In this document: positions 1-10,033 of the stretch, piece after piece
Layout: each line of letters begins with the position of its first letter
How positions within the stretch are numbered: position 1 is the first letter of the stretch
Source of the DNA: Deltaproteobacteria bacterium
Lineage (GTDB): Bacteria > Bdellovibrionota_B > Oligoflexia > Oligoflexales > Bog-1112
Assembly: GCA_947466225.1 (NCBI GenBank)
Contig: CANIBL010000007.1
Span: 1,763 to 65,762 of the forward strand
Direction: 5' to 3'
DNA length: 64,000 nt
Notes under the pieces: generated by a model
Database searches by the model: none
Seen by the model: only the letters and a program-made list of their open reading frames with translations
What the model was told of the DNA's origin: nothing
Program-made: the position numbers and the translations under genes

Positions 1-128
1 ATAAACAACGGGTCGATTGTACGCTGTTTATGCAAAAAAACAAGGGAGGCTGCGGTTTTTTTCTTGCGAAGTCCATAAATGCCCCCATAATGACGGGAGC
101 TTGTTTGAACCTGTGAGAGTGGAGCTTT

Positions 129-845
129 ATGACAGCAACGCCTACAGTTAAGAAAATTGTATATGCCTGCCCGGTGGATCATCACAATAGCATAATCTTT
201 ATTACCAGTTGGTTCCATGGGCGAGAGGCACATACGTCTCTGCTGCTTGTGCCAGATTTTGCAGCCCCGATTGGGCTGTATGCAACGTTTGCCAGCCAGC
301 TTGTACAGGCCGGAATTCATGTATATCTATATAATCAAAGAGAAAAAGCGCTGTTTGTGAGGGAGAGGGACCTGTTACAAGTCGCCGCGTGGATCCGCCA
401 TCGGGAGGACGGGGTGCCACCCGTTTTGGTTTCTAAAGGCCTTGGCGCACTGCTATGCAGCTATTTTTCAACTCAGTATCCCAAATTTTGTCGGGGGGTG
501 CTTTCCATTGATCCGGTCTCTTCTGTCCATTTTTCTTTCCCTGGGCAGCGGGAGTTCCTCCTGTTTTTTGCTGAAATGTTTCCCAATATGTCGGTTCCAG
601 CTTGGCTTAATTGCTTGCGAGCACAGGGTCACTCCTCCCCTCCCCGCATTTTATTTCATACACTTCTTGATTTTTTGCCTCGATTATTAGGGCCGACTCG
701 GTCGCAAAGCCTACTTCAGGGGAAGGAAATACGCCCCCAGCGCGTCTTGACTTCTAACGCCGCCCCTACGTCGCTGGAGTTTTTCCGAGAAGGGGTGCTA
801 TCATGGGTGATGGATACCTTTTCTCCTACGACAAAGTCTGAATGA
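129..845 (+). CDS. alpha/beta-hydrolase-fold-like protein with degenerate nucleophile motif
   Basis: 238-aa ORF with ATG preceded by GAGTGGAG. The pattern FITSWFHGREAH ... VSKGLGALL ... resembles the oxyanion-hole and nucleophile-elbow layout of alpha/beta hydrolases, but the GxSxG serine position is not conserved. The stop overlaps the next start (ATGA). Confidence 0.45.
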   Translation: MTATPTVKKIVYACPVDHHNSIIFITSWFHGREAHTSLLLVPDFAAPIGLYATFASQLVQAGIHVYLYNQREKALFVRERDLLQVAAWIRHREDGVPPVLVSKGLGALLCSYFSTQYPKFCRGVLSIDPVSSVHFSFPGQREFLLFFAEMFPNMSVPAWLNCLRAQGHSSPPRILFHTLLDFLPRLLGPTRSQSLLQGKEIRPQRVLTSNAAPTSLEFFREGVLSWVMDTFSPTTKSE

Positions 846-3142
846 ACCGATCGATTCTCGACCGAATTTCAACTTATCAAAAAGTATCGGATGGGTGCCT
901 TGTCATCCTTATTTCGATGCAAGCCGCAGCTCTCTCTTTGTTCTTTTCCGGGTGCTTGTATCAAGTTACTTCCCTGCCTCCCAATGAAATCTTGGCTTTT
1001 TTCTTCCTTTTATTCAGTGTTTTTTTCTATTTTTCGAAGCCTCGATTCAGGAAAAAACCGTCTTCTGCCCAACTGAAAATTTTTTTACATATAAAAAATC
1101 CATCGGTTTCATCGATGGATTTCTATTTACAGGAAGAAGTACAAAAAAGCGTACTTCGGTTTGAGAAAGACCGTCTTTTTTCTGCTCTACGTGGATTGGT
1201 CATTCCGACTCTTCTTTTACTCGCTATTTTAATCCCAGTTACTTCGCTTTTTTCTGCTTGGGGGCGAGCATGGAAAGTGCTTGTCTTACAAGAGGTTGTT
1301 TCCCTGGAGATCCCTTCTGGTGTAGACCCTCTTCAGCCTGCTCATTGGAGGCTTTCGACAAGCTCGCCTCCTCTGATCCTTTTGCAAAGTGAAAACCTGC
1401 TCGTGCTACAAATCAAAACACCCGGCGCCTTTCCTCTTTCGATTTCTCTTAAAAAACCCAAGAACCAGGAAGAAATCCAGTCGATTCAAATGATGCCTGT
1501 GGATGTAAGCTTGCATACGCAAACCTTGTCATTTTCTCTCACCGAATCGGCAGATCTATTGATTCCGGAGTTATCCGCAAAACCCTATGCCCACTTTCAG
1601 TTGGCAGCCCCCCTGATTCCGATGGTTACCCTTACGGCAACGGAAAAAGCTGGGCAAGAACATATCGATACCCATCCGCTTGCTCTTTCGATTCAAGTGG
1701 ATTCTACGCGTCCTCTTCATACCCTTTCTCTGCAGGTTACGACATCGGATCAAACCATTGTAGATCCAGTTCAAACATTTGCCTCGGACCAAGCGCTTGT
1801 ATCCTATTCGGGTAGCCACAATTTTTTTGCGGAGTCTTTTCTCCATGAGGAGCGAGGGGAAATTGAACTTGTGGCCGTAGCCGAGGATTTTTCCTCCCCC
1901 ATACCGGCTGTAGGGAAAAGCAAGCCTATCAAAATTACATTTGTTAGCGCATACAGTCGGTACCAAAAAACCTTAAGAGAACTATCAAAAGTAAAAGAAC
2001 AAGTAGATATGTTGGTAGAAAAAAATGAAACCCATATCGACAAAGACATCATTGATCTTATGCAGCAGGTCCATTCTCTTTCAAAACAGGCGCCATTTTT
2101 TGATGCGCCAGATCGTCATTGGTTGGAACAATCCGCTAAAAAATTTCAAAAATTTTCCGTGCAGCGACCTGATTTTTCTTCCTTGTATGATCTATCGCAG
2201 GAAATCACCCGTTTTTTAGATGAGCATGAATTCTCCGATGATCGAGACCGGGACCGAGATTTTTTTGTAGCCGCTCACAGCATTTCTCGGTTGCTCTCCC
2301 AGCACTCAGCTCAAGAAGCCACGCTTCAACATGTGATACAAAGAACCGATACATTTTTGCAGAATCGATACGCAAGATGGGATGTTCGCGTGCGTCGCCT
2401 GTCGCCTGCTTATTCAGTTGGGATGTGGCAAAAAATCAAAACCCATATCTTAGAAACGCAATTACGCGAAACTTTAGTTACACCCCATGCTAAAAGGCAA
2501 GTGATACTATCCGATCTTACCGATACCTATCGAGCTTGGATTGAGTCTTTAGAAAAAGCTGAGGATGCGCAACGGGAGTCCCAAGAGAAAAAGAGAGAAG
2601 AAGGTCTTGTTTCAGCGCGAAATGAATTGCGAGATATTCAACAGCTGCAGGGGGAAATTTCCACTGCGTTGGATCGAGCGGAGCAACAAAATTTGGATAA
2701 ATTGACGTTATCCTGGCCCTCCACATTGGCTAAAGAAACCCAAGCAGCACAGGCAACCAAGCGATTGGCAAAAAAAATACGTCCCTTATCTCCTCCGGCG
2801 TCAGAGCGGCTCCAAGTTGCAGCGGAAGCGATGGAGCATACGATCCAACAAGGGGAAGCCCATCAGTTTACCGAAGCGGAATCCTTTTCCCATTTTGCCA
2901 ATCGCCTATTGCGACAAGCCAAAAATGCCAGCCAAGAAGGAACAAAATCTACCAAGAAAAAACGGGCCCAAGGGGGCACTTACCATGGCCAGCCAATTCA
3001 TGGCGGCGATATGGATTTGCGCCATACCTACCGCGTAGAAGAGCAGTATCGCGAAGCTTTGCTTCGGGAGTTGCAAGAGCAAGAATATACCCCGCAAGAA
3101 CAACAACTCATCGACCCCTACCTGAGAAAAATGATCCGGTAA
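842..3142 (+). CDS. large membrane protein of unknown function (N-terminal TM helices, charged coiled-coil C-terminal third; DUF4175-like tail by eye)
   Basis: 766-aa ORF translationally coupled to the upstream gene. It has hydrophobic helices in the first ~150 aa. The C-terminal part is Glu/Lys/Gln-rich and ends ...YREALLRELQEQEYTPQEQQLIDPYLRKMIR. No catalytic motif was recognised. Confidence 0.6.
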   Translation: MNRSILDRISTYQKVSDGCLVILISMQAAALSLFFSGCLYQVTSLPPNEILAFFFLLFSVFFYFSKPRFRKKPSSAQLKIFLHIKNPSVSSMDFYLQEEVQKSVLRFEKDRLFSALRGLVIPTLLLLAILIPVTSLFSAWGRAWKVLVLQEVVSLEIPSGVDPLQPAHWRLSTSSPPLILLQSENLLVLQIKTPGAFPLSISLKKPKNQEEIQSIQMMPVDVSLHTQTLSFSLTESADLLIPELSAKPYAHFQLAAPLIPMVTLTATEKAGQEHIDTHPLALSIQVDSTRPLHTLSLQVTTSDQTIVDPVQTFASDQALVSYSGSHNFFAESFLHEERGEIELVAVAEDFSSPIPAVGKSKPIKITFVSAYSRYQKTLRELSKVKEQVDMLVEKNETHIDKDIIDLMQQVHSLSKQAPFFDAPDRHWLEQSAKKFQKFSVQRPDFSSLYDLSQEITRFLDEHEFSDDRDRDRDFFVAAHSISRLLSQHSAQEATLQHVIQRTDTFLQNRYARWDVRVRRLSPAYSVGMWQKIKTHILETQLRETLVTPHAKRQVILSDLTDTYRAWIESLEKAEDAQRESQEKKREEGLVSARNELRDIQQLQGEISTALDRAEQQNLDKLTLSWPSTLAKETQAAQATKRLAKKIRPLSPPASERLQVAAEAMEHTIQQGEAHQFTEAESFSHFANRLLRQAKNASQEGTKSTKKKRAQGGTYHGQPIHGGDMDLRHTYRVEEQYREALLRELQEQEYTPQEQQLIDPYLRKMIR

Positions 3143-3213
3143 ATCCATTGTTTTTTCCGTCTTTTTCGCGTAGTAACAGGTATTGCATACCGTTGCGAAA
3201 AAGGTGCCCTTTT

Positions 3214-3498
3214 ATGGCGTGGATACAAAGTGTGGAGCTGGTCGAAACGCGCCAGGTGTTGCGACGTTTGTATCAACTGCTGCCTCGGCGATTTTCTGAT
3301 ATTGAAAAACAGTATCGGAAGGAATTTGCAGCGGGGAAATCTCGACGCCTCGCCTTACTTGATGGGCGATATAGAGCTTATTTAGATGAAATTGTTGAAA
3401 TGCGTTATCAATTGGAGAGAATGAAAGTGCAGTGGGATATACAGGTAAAGCGGATTCAAACCCGGCAATCGCTACGGCACCTGCCTCTTGACTCCTAA
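3214..3498 (+). CDS. small hypothetical protein
   Basis: The ORF track gives 3148..3498 with a TTG start. The internal ATG at 3214 (MAWIQSVELVE...) has AAGGTG about 9 nt upstream and is preferred. The product is basic and helical with no recognisable family. Confidence 0.4.
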   Translation: MAWIQSVELVETRQVLRRLYQLLPRRFSDIEKQYRKEFAAGKSRRLALLDGRYRAYLDEIVEMRYQLERMKVQWDIQVKRIQTRQSLRHLPLDS

Positions 3499-3517
3499 AT
3501 AATAGAAGGGCATTGGA

Positions 3518-5494
3518 ATGAATGAATGGTTGGAGCGACTCTTATTCTCCCTCTTGGTACTACCTGCCTTTGGATTTTTTACCTACCGATTGCAACACAC
3601 GTGGAAACTACTGCATAGCTTGGCAAAAGGAAAAGAAGAGGCGCGCTCTCCCCAGCTCGGTGGGATGATTGCAGGCGGTTTGCTGCAGCGAAAAATGTTT
3701 CAAGAACCGGTTGCCGGCATCATGCATGCAGGCATTTTTTGGGGTTTTTTACTGGTGAGTCTTGGGACAGCAGAAACCATGCTCCAAGGTATTTTCCATG
3801 TAGATTTTGGAAGTTTATTTGGGCCGGGATTTCTGTACGCGTGTTTTTTGCACCTCCAAGAATTTGGTAATGCCATGGTCGCGGTGGCCATTCTCTTTGC
3901 TTTTTCTCGTCGACTTTTTTTCCCCCCAGCTCGATTGGTCTCTCTACCGCAAGCAGCCAAACAAGATGCTATGGTCGTGTTGGGTTTCATTCTCAGTTTG
4001 GTGCTCAGTGCATTGTTTGTCTTAGGGTGTAGAGCGCATCTAACAGGTAGTGCCGGTATACCTTCTGATCTCGTTCCGATTTCCTTTGCCCTCACAAACT
4101 GGTTGCCCATCTCTTCTCCAGAGAATTGGTTTTATGCCAGTCAAGGTCTTTGGTGGTGGCATGTGCTTACACTATGTGGTTTCGTTGTATTTTTGCCTTT
4201 TTCCAAGCACCAGCATTTGATTTGGGTCTGGCCCAACTTGTTATTTCAATCCACAAAGGGGACAGGTCGACTTCGGCCCATGGAGTTTGCAGAAGACGCT
4301 GAATCTTTTGGCGTGGGAAAAGCGGAGGATTTTACCTGGAAACAATATTTAGATGCAATTTCTTGCGTGGAATGTGGTCGTTGTACTTCCGTGTGTCCTG
4401 CTACTACAACTGGAAAACCTCTCGATCCTCGTTCTATGATTCATCATTTGAAGGATGCATTCCAGCAGCTGCAGACTCCAGAAAAGGCTGCAATTCCTCT
4501 TATTGGGGGCAATGGCCTCGTACATCCCGATGAGCTCTGGAGTTGCACCTCCTGCGGGGCTTGTATGCAGGCGTGTCCTCTCGGTATTGAGCATATTCCT
4601 GCGATTATGGATATGCGTCGATATTTGACGATGACAGAGGGAGCTATTCCGGCTGATTTGCAAGTGACCCTGGAAAAAGTGGAAAATCAAAATAACCCAT
4701 GGGGCTTCAATAATGCGCAACGAGCTGATTGGGCCAAAGGTCTTGAAGTACCCATTCTTGCGGAAAAGAAATCTGTCGATTATTTGTTCTGGGTTGGATG
4801 CGCGGGCTCCTTTGATGAGCGATACAAAAAAGTTAGTCGTGACTTCAGCAGCATACTGAAAAAAGCCAACGTAGATTTCGCTATTCTGGGCACAGAGGAG
4901 AAATGCAACGGAGATACGGCACGCCGAGCGGGTAATGAGTACCTAGCGGATATGCAGATTCGCGGCAATATTGAAACGTTGCGTAAGTATGAATTCAAAA
5001 AAGTGGTGACAGCATGTCCCCATTGCTTCAATACATTTAAAAATGAATACCCTGATTTTGATTACAAAGTCGATGTGATGCACCACTCTCAGTTATTGGC
5101 TGAATTGTTGAAGGAAAAGCGCATAACCCCAATGCAAGCTTCTGATAAGAAGCTGACCTATCATGACTCATGCTATTTAGGCCGACACAATGAAGAGTAC
5201 GCCTCTCCTCGAGAAACCGTGGCAAGTACACATACAGACATTGTGGAAATGCCTCGTAACAAAGAGAAAGGCTTTTGTTGCGGAGCCGGTGGAGCGCGTA
5301 TGTGGATGGAGGAAACCATCGGAGATCGTATCAATGTCAATCGAGCCCAGGAAGCTATCGACACCGGCGCTCAAGTGGTGGCCACTGCCTGTCCCTTCTG
5401 TATGACGATGGTGCGTGATGGGGTGCAAGCGAGTGGAAAAGGAGATGAGGTGGTGGTAAAAGACATTGCAGAGCTTGTAGCGGAGTCGCTTTAA
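3518..5494 (+). CDS. membrane-anchored Fe-S oxidoreductase (HdrD/GlpC/DsrK-like: two 4Fe-4S ferredoxin motifs plus two CCG cysteine-rich domains)
   Basis: 658 aa with about 5-6 N-terminal TM helices. Ferredoxin motifs are CVECGRCTSVCP and CTSCGACMQACP. The CCG-type motifs are ...CPHCFNTFKNEYP and ...CCGAGG...CPFCMTMVRDG. Confidence 0.8.
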   Translation: MNEWLERLLFSLLVLPAFGFFTYRLQHTWKLLHSLAKGKEEARSPQLGGMIAGGLLQRKMFQEPVAGIMHAGIFWGFLLVSLGTAETMLQGIFHVDFGSLFGPGFLYACFLHLQEFGNAMVAVAILFAFSRRLFFPPARLVSLPQAAKQDAMVVLGFILSLVLSALFVLGCRAHLTGSAGIPSDLVPISFALTNWLPISSPENWFYASQGLWWWHVLTLCGFVVFLPFSKHQHLIWVWPNLLFQSTKGTGRLRPMEFAEDAESFGVGKAEDFTWKQYLDAISCVECGRCTSVCPATTTGKPLDPRSMIHHLKDAFQQLQTPEKAAIPLIGGNGLVHPDELWSCTSCGACMQACPLGIEHIPAIMDMRRYLTMTEGAIPADLQVTLEKVENQNNPWGFNNAQRADWAKGLEVPILAEKKSVDYLFWVGCAGSFDERYKKVSRDFSSILKKANVDFAILGTEEKCNGDTARRAGNEYLADMQIRGNIETLRKYEFKKVVTACPHCFNTFKNEYPDFDYKVDVMHHSQLLAELLKEKRITPMQASDKKLTYHDSCYLGRHNEEYASPRETVASTHTDIVEMPRNKEKGFCCGAGGARMWMEETIGDRINVNRAQEAIDTGAQVVATACPFCMTMVRDGVQASGKGDEVVVKDIAELVAESL

Positions 5495-5549
5495 GCGAGA
5501 CATGGAAGATGGGCGCATATTTTTTGAGTTGGAGCTAAGGGTATAAAAA

Positions 5550-6281
5550 ATGCATGCGGAACCATTTACGTATTTTCATGGAACCACCGAATTTCATGGC
5601 TATTGTGCCTGGACCAGGACCGGGTCCTCTCGTAAACCAGCTGTTATGATTGCGCCCGATTGGAGTGGGTGTAATGAGTTTGCGCAGAATATCGCTCGCG
5701 AAATGGCGAAACTGGGGTATGTTGGCATCGCCCTCGACATGTATGGTGAAGGAAAGGTTGCTGAAATCGATGAGGAAAAGCGTCAGCTTATTCAACCGTT
5801 GATGGAGGATCGCCTTCTTCTGCAAGAGCGGATGCGATGCGCTTACGAAGCGGCCAAAGCGTTGCCTCAAGTAGATTCAGAGCAACTTGCGGCGATGGGA
5901 TTCTGTTTTGGGGGGTTGTGTGTACTGGATTTGGCGCGGAGTGGTGTGGAAATTCAAGGGGTTGTGAGTTTTCATGGTCTTTTGCAGCGACCTGTGGCAC
6001 TTTCCCCTTCTCCTATTCACGCCAAAGTATTGGTCCTTCATGGATATGAAGACCCACTTGCACCACCAGAGGCGATGACGGCCTTTGAGAGGGAAATGAC
6101 GGAATCAGACGCTGATTGGCAAGTCCATGTGTATGGGAAAGTACAGCATGCTTTTACCAACCCAGTGGCACAGAATGTAGCAGCAGGGCTGATATACAAT
6201 GCACACGCAGCGAAACGCGCTTGGGCGAGTATGACGAATTTTTTTGAAGAGATTTTGACTCGAGAAAGTATAGAACCATGA
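5550..6281 (+). CDS. dienelactone hydrolase family protein
   Basis: 243 aa with the DLH-type nucleophile motif GFCFGG. The C-terminal region LVLHGYEDP ... VQHAFTNP is typical of the family. The stop overlaps the next start. Confidence 0.8.
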   Translation: MHAEPFTYFHGTTEFHGYCAWTRTGSSRKPAVMIAPDWSGCNEFAQNIAREMAKLGYVGIALDMYGEGKVAEIDEEKRQLIQPLMEDRLLLQERMRCAYEAAKALPQVDSEQLAAMGFCFGGLCVLDLARSGVEIQGVVSFHGLLQRPVALSPSPIHAKVLVLHGYEDPLAPPEAMTAFEREMTESDADWQVHVYGKVQHAFTNPVAQNVAAGLIYNAHAAKRAWASMTNFFEEILTRESIEP

Positions 6282-6991
6282 CCCCACGTTTTCCTAGAGA
6301 AACCAGTGCCTGTGAAATTGAAGGATTATCTGCTGTAATGGAGTATCTGCGGTATCGGCCTCAAGCCATTACCTGTGTGTATCATCAAGATGCACTGCCT
6401 GGTTCTCTTGCCCAATGGGTCAAAGATATCCCGACTCAGTCTGTATCCAAAGAACGATCTCAAGGAAAAAATCGAACGATATGGGCTAGTGTAAATGTTA
6501 CGTCTCTAGATGAAACAGATCTGTATGCTTCCGTAACTCATGCTGCACCTGCTACCATTTTGGCATTGGATCATTTGCAAGACCCCCATAATTTGGGTGC
6601 CATTGCGCGTAGTGCAGCATTTTTTGGTGTGAAACACATTGTAGCGCCTGATCGCAGGCAAGTATTGCTAACGCCGGCAGCGATCAAAACTTCTCAGGGT
6701 GCCTTTGCCGTTGCAGATCTTTACACGGTGACCAACCTAGTTCGTACATTGAAGAAGCTCAAAGAACAGGGCTACTGGATTATAGGTACGGATATGGAAG
6801 GGGAGCCTATCGAGAAAGTTGCGAAGCAGTTTGAGAAGCGGGTCTTAATCGTAGGAAGTGAAGGCGCTGGGTTAGGGAATTTGGTGCGCAGAACCTGTGA
6901 TGTGATGGCAAAAATCCCAACCCAGTCCTCTACATTAGATTCTCTCAATGTCTCGGTAGCAACTGGTATTTGTTTGTATGAATTACACTGA
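6278..6991 (+). CDS. rlmB: SpoU/TrmH-family RNA 2'-O-methyltransferase, RlmB-like
   Basis: 237 aa. Motifs LDHLQDPHNLGAIARSAAFFG, VGSEGAGL and LNVSVATGICLYE are the three SPOUT class IV motifs, and an N-terminal substrate-binding extension is present. Confidence 0.7.
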   Translation: MTPRFPRETSACEIEGLSAVMEYLRYRPQAITCVYHQDALPGSLAQWVKDIPTQSVSKERSQGKNRTIWASVNVTSLDETDLYASVTHAAPATILALDHLQDPHNLGAIARSAAFFGVKHIVAPDRRQVLLTPAAIKTSQGAFAVADLYTVTNLVRTLKKLKEQGYWIIGTDMEGEPIEKVAKQFEKRVLIVGSEGAGLGNLVRRTCDVMAKIPTQSSTLDSLNVSVATGICLYELH

Positions 6992-6997
6992 ATCGGT

Positions 6998-8413
6998 TTA
7001 TCGGCGTGGGGCATCGGTTATGAGGGCGTGTAATAATTGTTCTTCTTGCGCAATTCTTTTTTTGAGTTCGGTTGAAATGTCGGTTCCAAGTTGCTGGCTC
7101 AGGGTTTTTTCTTTTTCCTGATTGGTACCGGTATCAGCGAGGGTAAAGATGGAAATAATCGGTAAAATGGTACCGATTACAACCAATGCAACACCGAAAA
7201 CTCCAAGTGCCGTCCATTTTCCTGCGCGGCTCCTTCCCGGTTCTTTTTTAAATTCAGTGTGATTACGAAGGGTTTCTACTCGCTCTATCATGCGTTGATT
7301 TAATATCCCAGCTGATTTATATCCGCCTGCAAGCCACATAATGGATCCCAGGGCAGCAAGTGATGCGCCTGCAATAATAAGCCCCAGTTGAGTTGAGGTA
7401 TATGATGAGGAAGAAGAGTCAGTAGACGTCGCGGTTTCACTGCCGGTATTGGAATTCTCAAGGGCGTTAGCACTAGAACTATCTACACTGCTTGATTCTG
7501 GAGGTGTTACATTTACTGTCGCATCTGGAGCGGGCGGTGTGAATATTTCGGTTTGAGCAGTGCAGCTATCATTTGCTGTTGCTGTCAACGCCAGTGCGGC
7601 GCTCTGAGGTGAAGTTGAAAAACCGCGAATTTTGGTTAGCAGGGTAGCTTCTGTCGATGGATAATGATCTTGTACCAAGTTGATATATTGTGAAATCCCC
7701 ATGTTGACAATATTAGATGCAGATTTACAATACTCTGTTTTTTGTTGTGGAGCCGTTATGCAGTTGGCTTTGGCCCATTGTGAAATCGTGGAATATGCCT
7801 CTTTGGTTTTTTCATAGGTGGCATTTTTACTCAAAGTGTATTGGGTTAATGTCGCAATCGTAGCGGAGTCTAAGAGGGAGGCTTGTTTATAATATATTTT
7901 GGGTTCGGTGAGGGATGGGTATAGGCTTCCACATTTTTGATCCGAATCTCGACAGCTTTGTAGGGTTATCGTATATGTACCGAGACAAAGTCCATATATG
8001 ACAACCGTATTTTTCCCTTCATGGAGTGCCATCCCTGGAATGGAAGCGTTTTTTGTATTTCCCTCTATCCTTGAAAAGCATCCATCCGTCATGCGATCTA
8101 TTTTTTCCACTGCTATTTTGTAGTGCATGTAAGTGCCGCTACCGATGTCGGCTTGAAGCAATAGGGTGGATTCTTTGCTAAAGTCAAAAAATGGTGTCGC
8201 TATGCTGGAATCCGCAAGAGGGCTGATCAAGAGCTGAGATAGCTCGGGTTCACTGAAAACAGCCGGCGCCAAGCATAAAGCGCCATTATTGTTTTTAAGA
8301 GTGGGCGCGGAGCTGGAGGGGGGTGTGGGCGGAGGGGAATCCGAAACTTTTCGGCTGCAGCCGGGTAGATAATAAGCCAACCAAAATATGATAAAGCAGC
8401 ATATATTATTCAT
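6998..8413 (-). CDS. Ser/Thr/Pro-rich lipoprotein with C-terminal TM helices, unknown function
   Basis: 471 aa with an N-terminal lipobox (YLPGCS) and several Cys pairs. A low-complexity S/T tract is followed by two hydrophobic helices and a charged tail. Confidence 0.6.
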   Translation of the reverse strand: MNNICCFIIFWLAYYLPGCSRKVSDSPPPTPPSSSAPTLKNNNGALCLAPAVFSEPELSQLLISPLADSSIATPFFDFSKESTLLLQADIGSGTYMHYKIAVEKIDRMTDGCFSRIEGNTKNASIPGMALHEGKNTVVIYGLCLGTYTITLQSCRDSDQKCGSLYPSLTEPKIYYKQASLLDSATIATLTQYTLSKNATYEKTKEAYSTISQWAKANCITAPQQKTEYCKSASNIVNMGISQYINLVQDHYPSTEATLLTKIRGFSTSPQSAALALTATANDSCTAQTEIFTPPAPDATVNVTPPESSSVDSSSANALENSNTGSETATSTDSSSSSYTSTQLGLIIAGASLAALGSIMWLAGGYKSAGILNQRMIERVETLRNHTEFKKEPGRSRAGKWTALGVFGVALVVIGTILPIISIFTLADTGTNQEKEKTLSQQLGTDISTELKKRIAQEEQLLHALITDAPRR

Positions 8414-8469
8414 ATGCCTAGAATACCACAGACTGAATTATTTTTACAAGAAAATTTGTAGAGAAAAAG

Positions 8470-8546
8470 TGGTGCACCCGGAAGGATTCGAACCTCCGAC
8501 CCCCAGATTCGTAGTCTGGTGCTCTATCCAACTGAGCCACGAGTGC
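8470..8546 (-). tRNA. tRNA-Arg (anticodon ACG)
   Basis: The reverse complement reads GCACTCGTGGCTCAGTTGGATAGAGCACCAGACTACGAATCTGGGGGTCGGAGGTTCGAATCCTTCCGGGTGCACCA. It folds into a cloverleaf with a GTTCGAATC T-loop and has an encoded CCA. Confidence 0.95.
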
Positions 8547-8628
8547 ATAAACAAGAGAAGCGAACCTACGTCCAAAAGGACAAAAAAGCAAGAAAAAATC
8601 TCTTTTGTCTCTCAAATCCCATACAAGA

Positions 8629-8716
8629 TGGCGGAGAGAGAGGGATTCGAACCCCCGGTGAGTTGCCCCACAACGGTTTTCAAGACCGCCGCCTTAAACC
8701 ACTCGGCCATCTCTCC
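8629..8716 (-). tRNA. tRNA-Ser (anticodon UGA)
   Basis: 88 nt, class II with a long variable arm. The anticodon loop is CTTGAAA, the 5' end is GGAGAGATGGCCGAGTGG and the 3' end is ...TCCGCCA. Confidence 0.95.
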
Positions 8717-8740
8717 ATAAACAGGATCTTGGATTTCTGA

Positions 8741-8830
8741 TGGCGGAGAGAGTGGGATTTGAACCCACGGAGCAGTTACCCACTCGCTTCCTTAGCAAGG
8801 AAGTGCTTTCGGCCACTCAGCCATCTCTCC
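8741..8830 (-). tRNA. tRNA-Ser (anticodon GCU)
   Basis: 90 nt, class II. The anticodon stem-loop is CTTCC-TTGCTAA-GGAAG, the T-arm is GGGTTCAAATCCC, and the CCA is encoded. Confidence 0.95.
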
Positions 8831-8907
8831 GAATCAGAGCAGCTACGGTACCAGGGTTGGAGAAAAATGGGAACCTTTTCTTTTGCCTAATATAAGGCGA
8901 AAAATTC

Positions 8908-9885
8908 TTATAGAAGTTGATCTTTCACAATTTCTCGTTCCTTCAAAAGTTCATCCGTGGTTTTTTGCAATTTTTCCCGGGCGTAAGCAGAAATGGGGAT
9001 GTTAGGGACGATTTCATAGGTTCCATTGGCCAAGGTGCGAAGGGGAAAGGAAAAAATCAGTCCCTTGGGAATCCCGTAGTGTTCGCCGTTGCTGGGTACT
9101 GCGGCGGAGAACATCTCCCCCGTAGGTGTAGGTTGACTGAACCGGCGGATGTGATCAATGCAAGCAGAGGCAGCAGAAGCCGCGGAGGATTTACCGCGGG
9201 CTTGGATGATTTCAGCGCCGCGTTGCTGTACTTGTGCTAGGTACTGAGATTCCAGCCAAGGGCGATTTCCACAGACTGTTTCTGCTGGCTTGCCCCCTAC
9301 CAATGCGTTTTCAAAATCCGGGTACATGGTTGGGCTGTGATTGCCCCAGATCACCAGGTTGTGTACATCAGCCACTGGCACTCCGATTTTCTTTGCTAGT
9401 AAGGCTTTCCCTCGATTTTCATCCAGCATGGTCATAGCAGAAAAACGAGTGGCGGGCACCTCCTGACAGTGGTGTTGCGCGATCAATGCATTGGTATTAC
9501 AGGGATTTCCCACTACTACAATCCGCACATCGGAGGCGGCGCGGGCCAATGCTTTGCCTTGACGTACAAAAATGGGCGCATTCGCTCGAATCAGATCGCT
9601 TCGCTCCATACCAGGGCCGCGAGGCTTAGACCCAACTAAGAGCGCCCAGTTTACCCCAGAAAAAGCAGCCTCAGCTTGATCAAAACACTCAACCCCGGCC
9701 AAGGTAGGAAACGCGCAGTCCTCCAGCTCCATGGCTGTGCCTTCTGCCGCTTTCATCGAATCAGGTAGTTCTAAGAGGTGGAGTTTTACCTGTGTGTGAG
9801 GTCCAAAAACTTCGCCTGAGGCAAGGCGAAACAGAAGACTATAGCCGATTTGCCCGGCAGCACCTGTGATTGCAACATGAATCAT
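8908..9885 (-). CDS. mdh: malate dehydrogenase (Thermus/cytosolic-type LDH/MDH superfamily)
   Basis: 325 aa. The N-terminus [28 protein letters not shown] is a Rossmann GxxGxxG motif. Also present are ...[14 protein letters not shown]... and [12 protein letters not shown], typical of this MDH type. Confidence 0.9.
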   Translation of the reverse strand: MIHVAITGAAGQIGYSLLFRLASGEVFGPHTQVKLHLLELPDSMKAAEGTAMELEDCAFPTLAGVECFDQAEAAFSGVNWALLVGSKPRGPGMERSDLIRANAPIFVRQGKALARAASDVRIVVVGNPCNTNALIAQHHCQEVPATRFSAMTMLDENRGKALLAKKIGVPVADVHNLVIWGNHSPTMYPDFENALVGGKPAETVCGNRPWLESQYLAQVQQRGAEIIQARGKSSAASAASACIDHIRRFSQPTPTGEMFSAAVPSNGEHYGIPKGLIFSFPLRTLANGTYEIVPNIPISAYAREKLQKTTDELLKEREIVKDQLL

Positions 9886-10033
9886 ACTGGAGTTCCTTTA
9901 CCCAGAGAAAGAAGAAGAATAACGCAAGATTTTCGGTCGAGTTGGTCTGAATAGTCAACTCCAAAGACGGAGAATGATTGCGGCCGCTTGAGGGGTACTC
10001 TATACTGGCCTTGCCGCCTCTTAGACTGAAATC

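Noticed and set aside
8388-8740. ORFs of 110, 73 and 65 aa overlapping the tRNA-Arg/Ser/Ser cluster.
   Set aside because: They are read through tRNA genes whose cloverleaf sequences are unambiguous, so they are not coding.
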